NCBI GenBank assembly: GCA_951406725.2
Contig: OX597830.1
Location: 54,374,001 to 54,438,000, forward strand
Length of the DNA stretch: 64,000 nt
Source of the DNA: Octopus vulgaris
Lineage: Eukaryota
Direction of reading: 5' to 3'
A program made the translations under genes and the position numbers. The first letter of the stretch is position 1. Every line of letters begins with the position of its first letter. Below, in pieces: positions 54,480-64,000 of this stretch. The notes beneath the pieces are model-generated. The model had not been told where the DNA came from, did not search any database, and saw nothing but the letters and a program-made list of their open reading frames with translations.

Positions 54480-55360
54480 GTCTAGGCATGCTCATTTGAA
54501 CTAAAACTGGAACAGCAACGGATCATGATAAAATGATGGCAAGAAAAGTCCCTACGTGACAGATATTAGGTTAAGCTAAACAGAAAAGAAATAGACAAAG
54601 CAAAATCCCAATAATGGCTGAGAAGCTCAGGACTCAAGGCAGAGACTGGATGATCGTTAATTGCAGTACAAGATCAAAGCCTTCCCACTAGAAATCACCA
54701 AAAACAAGTAATGAAAAGAAATACAAGTAACTCCAGTATAGGTGGTGGTGGAGAAGAAACAACAAATCATATTGTCTCTGGCTCCCCAGTCCTGGCTAAG
54801 AAAGAATGTATTCACAGACATGACAGAGTTGGGACCTATATATACTAGAAGCTATGCTAACACTATGCAATAACAACAGAAAAAAGATGGTGTGGGCACA
54901 CATCAGGAAAGGTCACAGAAAACGAGAAAGCAACTATACTCTGGGATATGCCAATACACACAGATAGAGAAAGTAAGGCCAATTGGCCAGATATAGTTGT
55001 CAGAGATAACTAAGAAAAAAAAGTGTTCTAATCGATATATGAATATCAACAGATAGCAATGTTTCTCTAAAAGAAACGGAGACACTTTCAAAATACAAAG
55101 ACCTAGAAATAGAGGTAATCCGAATGTGGAGCGTAAAATCAGAAACAATTCCTACTATAGTGGGCGCATTAAGTATGATAAAAAAACATTCAGACAAATG
55201 CATAACAAAAACACCAGGACTTACAAGTGGGCTATTTTCTGTATGTCATATTGACATGCAGAAAATAGCACACATCCTACGTAAAACACTTTCAATACAG
55301 TGAAAATAAGAGCACCTCAACAAACCACATAGTCATGGCACACAGAGCTGCACTACTGAA
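54480..55360 (+). mobile_element. RLE-type (R4/Dong-like) LINE 3' fragment, same family as 4697/5258
   Basis: WLRSSGLKAETG..IAVQDQSLPTRN...HIVSGSPVLAKKECIHRHDRVG...ATILWDMP; ends in (TAC)n(AAT)n. Confidence 0.88.
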
Positions 55361-55401
<41 letters not shown>

Positions 55402-55403
55402 AT

Positions 55404-55466
<63 letters not shown>

Positions 55467-55499
55467 AATAACAACAACATCAACAACAATAATAATAAT

Positions 55500-56275
55500 A
55501 ATATTTCTTTTATTGGCCACAGGGGCTAATATAAGTTATGCATAAAAGACAACACAAGACGATACAAAGGGTTTTCACATTCGTGTAAACATTAAATAAC
55601 AAAAGTGAGGTAACAAGTAAAACTCCCACTAGGGGGAGGCGCTTTAAAGGTTATTCGTGGAAAACCCAACAAAGGCCACGGGTGCCTGATCAACAGCGCA
55701 AGAACCCTTCTTTTATTCTTTTTACAAGTGTATTCTCAGAATTGGTCCATCCACACTGGCCATTTTTCCAACATCTACCCACTTTTCAATAAATTTGCTA
55801 GAAGACAACACTTCCCTCTCCACCCTCACTTTCCTTTTCAAGTGAAACTTGTAAAAGTTGTTGAGGGTTTGGCCAAAGAGGAAAGTGTTTGACTTCAGCC
55901 CTTTCAAACGAATCTACCATACTATCTCTTTTGCTACAGTCACCAAACAAATGGAAATTACCTGCCCCTTCCGGTTAAAGGATACCGTTGGGGTAATCTT
56001 GACTATGGATTCAGCTGATAGCCAGATCCGTCCTACACACGACAGCAGCTATTCGATATAAACCCACAGGTCAGCAATGCTCGGGCGTGCAGAAGGGTTT
56101 CGTCACTCTCAGTGCACCTCGAGAAGGCCCGGCTGAGGGCCCTTCAGTGCCTGCAAAGTTTATCCCGAACGGGCAGTGCCCCTCGGTAGCACTGCCAGAC
56201 AAGAGATTTCTGGAAGTTATCCACAGGCCCCGGTCCGAAAGTTCTCCGACCAGTAAGTTGATCCTCGTTGACGCC
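55500..56275 (-). mobile_element. Tx1/L1-clade LINE 3' end
   Basis: GLKSNTFLFGQTL..FYKFHLKRKVRVEREVL...IHL*, homologous to ~4290-4470; 3'UTR then (ATT)n. Confidence 0.85.
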
Positions 56276-56282
56276 TAATAAT

Positions 56283-56848
<566 letters not shown>

Positions 56849-56890
56849 AAGAAGAAGAAGAAGAAGAAGAAGAATAATAATAATAATAAT

Positions 56891-58135
56891 AGGGTCGAAA
56901 GCGTGACTCACATTGTTAGAGCTTGTGAAAGTATTGGGCAGAAAGAGTTCAAGTGCAGACACGACAAGGTGGTCCAAAACCTTCACTGGCTACTATGCCA
57001 AAAGTATGGATACGAGGTAAAGGGTGCTTGGTACCAACATACACCGGAAAACGTAATGAACGAAAAGGGGAAAGCAAAAATCCTCTGGGACTTTGACTTC
57101 CAGACAGACAAGGTGTTAGAGCCGGATATAGTAGGGATAAAGAAGTGTGCCTAATAGGAGGGACAAACAAGTGCGTTTTATAATGAAAGAAAGAAAGAAA
57201 GAGAAAAGATTGATATATATGGAGACCTGAGAATTGAGATCGCTAAGATGTGGCAGCTACGAGAGCAAACATAAAGGTTGTCCCTATGGTCATCGAAGCA
57301 TTGAGTTCAATACCATCCAACCTGAAAAAAACAATCTGGAAACTTTAAAAATACCCTACAATCTAGGTGTATTGGAAAAATCAGCATTAATTGGAACTGC
57401 ACGCATACTGTCTGAGGTCCTTGTTGTTACAAACCGCAGGTAGACTCAATATTTTCAATCAACATCACGATACTGGATGCTTTGCGACATCTAAAAAGCA
57501 ATACAAAGGGAGGCAGGATAACGTGGTTAAGTTCTTCCACTGGAGGCTTTGTGAAAAGTGCGGCCTGAACAGAGCACGGAAATGATACGAACATGAACCA
57601 GAAAGAGTCACCGAGAACAAGGAATATAAGATATTGTGGTATTTTACAATCCAATATAACTCCCTTTTCGATGCTCGTAGACCAGATATTGCTGTGGTAG
57701 ATAAAGAAAAAAGGAAACCAAGATTATAGATATTGTAATACCTGGGGAAGCACGCATAAGTGACAAAAAACTAGAAAAGGTTGAAAAATACAGACTACTA
57801 AAAGACGGAATTGCAAGAATGTGGACTACAAGGAGAGCGTCTGTCATTCCAGTGGTTGTAGGGACACTCGGAGCAATAACAACCAAAATCGAGAAATATG
57901 TCAGAGAAATCGGAATTGACATGAGAGTAGAGCAAGCCCCCTAAAACTGCTCTGCTAGGGACAGCTAGGATTTTGAGATTGGTACTTGAATGTTGAATGT
58001 TTCCCACGATAATTAACAGCTAAGTATCAAAGCTTATAATGTGCGGAAAGAGACCTCTGACTGCGAGCTGCCGTCCGTGCTCACAGAATCAACCAGAACA
58101 AATAAAAACGAGCGTTCTGAGAAGTGAAAGAATAA
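56891..58135 (+). mobile_element. Two adjacent 5'-truncated RLE-type LINE fragments (56891-57430 and ~57440-58135)
   Basis: VESVTHIVRACESIGQKEFKCRHDKV...KILWDFDFQTD..EPDIV; second copy RPDIAVVDK...KVEKYRLLKDGIARMW...PVVVGTLG. Confidence 0.85.
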
Positions 58136-58518
58136 TGGAAGCACTCCGTCCGTTACGACGACGAGGGTTCCGGTTGATCCGATCAACGGAACAGCCTGCT
58201 CGTGAAATTAACGTGTAAGTGGCTGAGCACTCCACAGACACGTGTACCCTTAACATAGTTCTCGGGGATATTCAGCGTGACGCAGAGAGTGACAAGGCCG
58301 GCCCTTTGAAATACGGGTACAACAGAAACAGGAAGTAAGAGTGAGAGAAAGTTGTGGTGAAAGAGTACAGCAGGGATCACCACCATCCCTGCCGGAGCCT
58401 AGTGGAGCTTTAGGTGTTTTCGCTCAATAAACACTCACAACGCCCGGTCTGGGAATCGAAACCGCGATCCTACGACCGCGAGTCCGCTGCCCTAACCACT
58501 GGGCCATTGCGCCTCCAC
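58136..58518 (-). mobile_element. SINE family A with tail type 3
   Basis: Head as at 3019; 3' half matches the tail of the 41370 family-E copy. Confidence 0.88.
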
Positions 58519-58624
58519 GAAAGAATAATAATAACAAAGAGTAAGCACACACAGTATATAGGGGAAAAGAAGGGAAATTACATAGTATACAAAAGAAACA
58601 ACGAAAAGATAAAATATCCTTCCT

Positions 58625-58850
58625 GAGTCAGTGGCTCAGGCGGCTGGTTTTCCAGATTCTGTGGCGCATATATTGCCCCTCACCCCGGACAGTACGCTGG
58701 TCCGTCGCAGGATAACTCATTTTTGCCAGCTGAATGGACTGGAGCAGCGTGAAAAGAAAGGTTTTCCTCAAGAATACAACGTATCGCCCGGTCCAGGAAT
58801 TGAAACCACAAGCTTACGGTCATGAGCGCATCACACTAAGCCACGTATCC
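58625..58850 (-). mobile_element. SINE family E with tail type 2
   Basis: Matches 14108-14347. Confidence 0.75.
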
Positions 58851-59096
58851 TTTCGTTACCACATATATACAGGATTGTTCGTGTGCGGTTGTGTGAGAGT
58901 CAGTTGGGTGGGGTTAAACCACATTTGATTGTGTGTAATGTACTAATTATTCTAATGAAACGTAAGTCTATTTTGTAGAAACTCATTATTTATAATTGCA
59001 GGCAGCACTAGACTAAAAAGTCACTTGCTTAATTTTGTTTGTTGGTTTGTGTGTATATACGTGTGTTAACGTGTATCTGTGTGTATATGTATATCC

Positions 59097-59129
<33 letters not shown>

Positions 59130-59159
59130 TGTATGTATGTATGTATGCATGTACGTATG

Positions 59160-59223
<64 letters not shown>

Positions 59224-59376
59224 AGAGAGGCATTTATTTGTTTACATGTTCATGTTAATCTATGTATCTCCTTTTGAGTTTGTGTATGAGTGTGTATGTG
59301 TGCGTTTATACATATGTGTGTATGTATATATACATATACATGCATGCGTACATATATATATATATATATATGTTTG

Positions 59377-59411
<35 letters not shown>

Positions 59412-60010
59412 ATTTATTAAACATATATTTACTTATATATTTATTTGTGGGGGTGGGTGTCCACCCTGTTTTCTTGAGTGCAAGGCCAACATTTGTAACA
59501 AATGCTTAATCAGTCATCCTAATTGCTCACAAACAAGCTAGCTAATTTCTTTGACAATAAATCAACAACTCTATGCAAGAAGTGCACAAAACCAGCCCCT
59601 TCTCGCTTTCACTGGGAACAAGACCAACAGGTTAACAATAAGAAACAAAGTAAGTCCAATTTATTGTTTTCATTTTTAATATCGCTATTGTTAGCTTAGC
59701 TCTCTAAGACTTATTTTCAGAGGCGTTCTTGCCATGACCAACTCTTGTATGCTTCCTTTGTGCAGCTGGAATCATATTACCTAGTGTCTTTCGTCATTAT
59801 TGTTGTTATTATGATTGCAGTTGTGATTGTTGTTGGTATTGTTGTTATTAATATTTCGTTGTTTAACTCTCGGTCAGCTCTGACCCAGAATACCTATCTA
59901 TAAATATGTTCCAATCGTGACTATCTCGTCGATATTTTTGCTATGCAGTATCTAGGGTCATAGAAGCCAACGCTTGCTTTAGCTGTTGTGGTTTAATCCC
60001 GTGTCTACTG

Positions 60011-60178
<168 letters not shown>

Positions 60179-61934
60179 CAAGTCAAAGGTTATCCAGACT
60201 GTATATCAAAGCTAAATTATCTACTGTTTTATTCCTTTTTATTTGACCCTAGGTCGGCCAGGCCCTGGTGCAACAGATCCATGGTCTCATGGTCTACTGC
60301 AATGACATCTGTTCCTCAGAGTTGGCTGGTCTCATACCTCACCCCACACATCCCCCACTCTGGCATCTTCGATCCACTTGCCTTTACTTTTGGCATACCT
60401 AATTCCTTCGGTTCTCGCACACGCAATCATTCTTAGTCCTTTCTCCCCAGCATGTCGATCTCTGGAATTTTCTCCTTCCTCATGTTTCCTCTGCAGGGGT
60501 TGGTCTGCAACAGCGTAACTGTAACATTAATGGCATCAATTTAAGACGGTTGCTCACGGCTGGAACGCTGAGGCTAACGGCAACCGCAAAGCCCCATAAT
60601 ATGAATTTCACAAGAAACAACATAGGTGCATCCCCCACTCCACAGTAAATGAAAAGAATAACTAAAATACATGAATATTAAGTGTGGTAACTTGTCTGCT
60701 ATGTGGTATGGAAAACGTTGCGTTTCGGATTCTAGTCTTTCTTCAGAAAGAAAGAATATAAAAAATAAATGTCTACTGATAGCATGGGCAATGTCCGAAA
60801 AGTAAGGATTTTTCACTCCTCATGGTGAAACTTAACTTATTCTAATTTGTATTTATATTTACCTTGAAGCTTCATTACAGATTAATATTTGAAAACCTAA
60901 GATACGTGATACAGTCGCTCCTTTGAAATACGAGAGCAATCCACCTGAGGGGCTTCCGCCCAGTTTCTGTCTACCTAATTTCACCCAAGAAGCTTGAATG
61001 AACAATAAGCCTATAGCAAAAGACTCTTGTTTTAGTTGTCACTTAATAAGATTGAACCCAGCATTTTATGACTTCGAACAAGCATTTTGACGATTCGGCC
61101 TTACTCGCGGCATTTACTTGTAAATTTTGAAGTAGGTGTAGTTATTCTTTAGCCCTAGCAGCATTCATCTATGATCAAAGTCTACCCACCCTTTTCTCGT
61201 GTTTCTTTCAAGTATTGTGTACTTAAGACAATGTTATCCACTGAGTCCTTCATTTCCCACGACAGAAGGTGTAATTCGAGAGAGATCTGGTGCTATTTCT
61301 AGTAGATCGAATTATATCATAGTGACTACCGTTGTTGGTGTTGGTGTTGGTGGTGGTGGCGGCAGCGGCGGTGATGGTGGTGATAAGAGCTTCTCCCACT
61401 TTGCACAATCTAAAACCTGGGATCCATTTTCAACTCCTAATTGCTCTGCTCAGGTGCTATGAGAAAGCCTGTTAGCCGACGACACAAATCGAACAATATC
61501 AGGAAGGAAAGCAACAGCAACAACAACAACAACAACAATAATAATAACAACACCGAAAACAACAATACCGACAACAAAATCAACAATAACAACGAAAAAT
61601 AACTAAAGCAACAATAACAACAACAGCAAAATTAACAATTGCGGCAATAATAAAACAAAACAAAAACCGCCAGAACAAGGCTTTGAATGCAAGAGGATAT
61701 ATCACCCATTGATGGATGCTCCTGTTGATATAGAATGCATATCAATGGCTTTGTGATTTTAGGGGCGACAACAACAACAACACGAAGAGCCTCTACGGAG
61801 TCGTTCCCTCTCTAGAATTCGCGGCCAAAATCTGCCTCAAAATTTTAACCATCGGGACAGCTGATGTAAAATTTTATTTTTCAATATATCTACATGTAAA
61901 TATTTTGACGAAGTTCTCATACGATTTTGAAGCG

Positions 61935-62282
61935 ATGTTGGCACGGGACTGGCAGTGCGGTAAGAAGTTTGATTCCTAACCAAAAGGCTTCTGGTTCAGT
62001 TCTACTGCGTGACATTTTCGTTATTCTGCTCTAGCCACAGGCTGATCAATCCTTGTGACTGGATTTGGTAGACAGAAACTGAAAGCTCGTCGTCGTGTGT
62101 GTGTGCATGTGCCTTTGTGTTTGTTTTCCATCACCGTTCGAAGACCGGTGTTGGTTTCTTTACGTCCCCGTAACTTAGCGTTTCTGTAAAAAGAGATCGA
62201 CAAAATAAGTACCAGGCTTAGAACAAAATACATACTGGAATCGATTTCTTTATGGCGGTGCTGCAGAATGGCCGCAGTCTAG
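61935..62282 (+). mobile_element. Old SINE family C copy
   Basis: GGATTTGGTAGACAGAAACTGAAAG...GGCGGTGCTGCAGAATGGCCGCAGTC. Confidence 0.75.
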
Positions 62283-62663
62283 ATATAATTAAATTATGTA
62301 CAAATGTACATAATTTAATGGTATTTTAATGGGGGTTTTTTTCAGTTATAACTTTTTAGGGGTCAATTTAATATACAGAAACTTATAATGATTGTTTCAA
62401 TATTAATGTAAACATACAGATTCTTTTATATATGTAATGTTTTTTAATGATATAAAATTAAATATAAACAAACGTAAGCATTTTAAATATTTTTCAATAT
62501 TGGATTCAATATTAAGTAATGCCATTATTTGCAATATTTTTTAAAATGAAATAATATAGAAATGTAAGCTTTTTATATTTAATAAGAATTTCCAGTGATA
62601 ATAGATTTAAAATATACAAACGAGTATTTTTAATGAAAGTTTAACGATATTTTTCATTGAAAA

Positions 62664-62894
62664 GGTGGCGAGCTGGCAGAAACGTTAGCACGCCGGGCGA
62701 AATGCGTAGCCGTATTTCGTCTGTCGTTACGTTCTGAGTTCAAATTCCGCCGAGGTCGACTTTGCCTTTTATCCTTTCGGGGTCGATAAATTAAGTACCA
62801 GTTACGCACTGGGGTCAATGTAATCAACTTTATCCGTTTGTCTGTCCTTGTTTGTCCCCTCTGTGTTTAACCCCTTGTGGGTAGTAAACAAATA
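62664..62894 (+). mobile_element. SINE family B, full length, ~18-bp TSD
   Basis: GATATTTTTCA(T/A)TGAAAA on both sides. Confidence 0.9.
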
Positions 62895-63046
62895 GATATT
62901 TTTCAATGAAAAATATAAAAATGTTTATTTTTCAAAAAATATTAAAAAATTTTTCAGTGCATGTTTTTTAATGATGCTTGAATGTTTTATCGTAACAAAA
63001 TATATATAACGTTCAAGGAAATGTTTGTTTATTATATTTCATGTAG

Positions 63047-63991
63047 ATGGTGATAACAGATATAAAAGATCACAGCTACTACATATACGGTATCGCCCAA
63101 CCTCCTGCCGGCAGTCACTTAAGTGGCAGAAGTATTTTCCTTATTTGTCTTACCAGCGCAATTATAAGCCTCTGCTCTCTCATAATTGTGGCATTGTCTA
63201 AAGATTGGTCAAAGTACTGGAATCCCTATAGAAAATGTCTACTTGGTGTACTGTTTACATCACTTATTTTTGGAATAGTCAGCCTTTGCATAGAAGCTTA
63301 CTTAGAAAGCAATCACGGAAAATGGAATTTGGGAGCAAATTTTTGTATTTTATGGCATGCGTTGTCTAGAACTATTCAAGACGCGGCTAATATAAGTATG
63401 ATTTGTTTGAATATCGATCGGTGTGTTTCACTTCTAAAGCCACAGGTTTACATGTCAAAATGCTATGAATATGGCATTCATATTAGTTTGCTTTCGATGG
63501 CAATTTTAAGTGCTTTAATCAATCTAATAGTTATGTTCCTCAATTTCAATAATGCTCATCACGACACACGTGATAACGATACATGCCATCTGTTACAAGA
63601 TATTCTCTTCCCCTATTTTTCCCTGTTTTTGCTCGTCTTGCTCCTATCGTCTGCCATTGCACTAGTGGCTTCAACTTCAAAGACCAAATTTTATCCTTCC
63701 CTAAAGATGGACGACAAACGCATCGGTTGTGTCATGCCTATTTTGTTGACTGATTTTTCCATCGTTTTCTTATGTCTTGTGCCAAGAATTGTCCAAGTTA
63801 TCTTAATAAGCAACTCATCTGGTGTAATAATACCTTACCATTATACTGTAGAAACGCTACGTGTCCTAAACTATGCTGATTGGTCAAGCTTCGTCTTCCT
63901 GCCGTTTCTTTTGCTTTTTGATGCTAACATAATAAAAAGCATTAAAAATATATTCTCCTGTAAGCAGCGATCTCGGAAGTTCGACTTGTGA
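63047..63991 (+). CDS. Orphan class A 7TM GPCR, 314 aa, single coding exon (GPCR-3)
   Basis: Intact ORF; ECL1 W.LG..FC, DRC at 3.49-3.51, KP in ICL2, ECL2 Cys, C.xP in TM6, PFLLLFD..I.KSI shared with GPCR-1; AG acceptor directly before the ATG (TTTCATGTAG|ATG). Confidence 0.9.
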   Translation: MVITDIKDHSYYIYGIAQPPAGSHLSGRSIFLICLTSAIISLCSLIIVALSKDWSKYWNPYRKCLLGVLFTSLIFGIVSLCIEAYLESNHGKWNLGANFCILWHALSRTIQDAANISMICLNIDRCVSLLKPQVYMSKCYEYGIHISLLSMAILSALINLIVMFLNFNNAHHDTRDNDTCHLLQDILFPYFSLFLLVLLLSSAIALVASTSKTKFYPSLKMDDKRIGCVMPILLTDFSIVFLCLVPRIVQVILISNSSGVIIPYHYTVETLRVLNYADWSSFVFLPFLLLFDANIIKSIKNIFSCKQRSRKFDL

Positions 63992-64000
63992 CTCTGAAAT

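Noticed and set aside
58955-59660. GTAAGT donors (~58962, ~59649) as upstream exons of GPCR-3
   Set aside because: No convincing promoter spacing seen; cannot be distinguished from chance without transcripts.

Overview
AT-rich, repeat-saturated animal genomic DNA. The SINE families, dense (TA)n/(CA)n/(CATA)n/(AAT)n microsatellites and LINE types point to an octopus or other cephalopod; this is inferred from pattern recognition, not a database hit. The only credible host genes are three paralogous class A (rhodopsin-like) orphan GPCRs with intronless coding regions: 11437-12336 (-), 18247-19194 (-) and 63047-63991 (+). All share an unusual Asp3.37 and lack NPxxY; two also lack Arg3.50. Each is preceded by a 5'UTR splice acceptor, and a well-spaced TATA/Inr/donor first exon lies at 31137-31232 (-). 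The rest is mobile and repetitive DNA: degraded Tx1/L1-clade, RLE-type (R4/Dong-like) and CR1-like LINEs, Tc1 and mariner relics, a non-autonomous Helitron, MITEs/foldbacks, tRNA-derived SINEs with interchangeable heads and tails, a 2.3-kb tandem duplication with a fold-back junction, and a ~8-kb inverted (CATA)n/(TATG)n satellite with hierarchical higher-order repeats. Several type I hammerhead-ribozyme-like motifs of the Penelope type are also present. Most long ORFs in the six-frame track are microsatellite artefacts. Coordinates of degraded repeats are approximate and read by eye.
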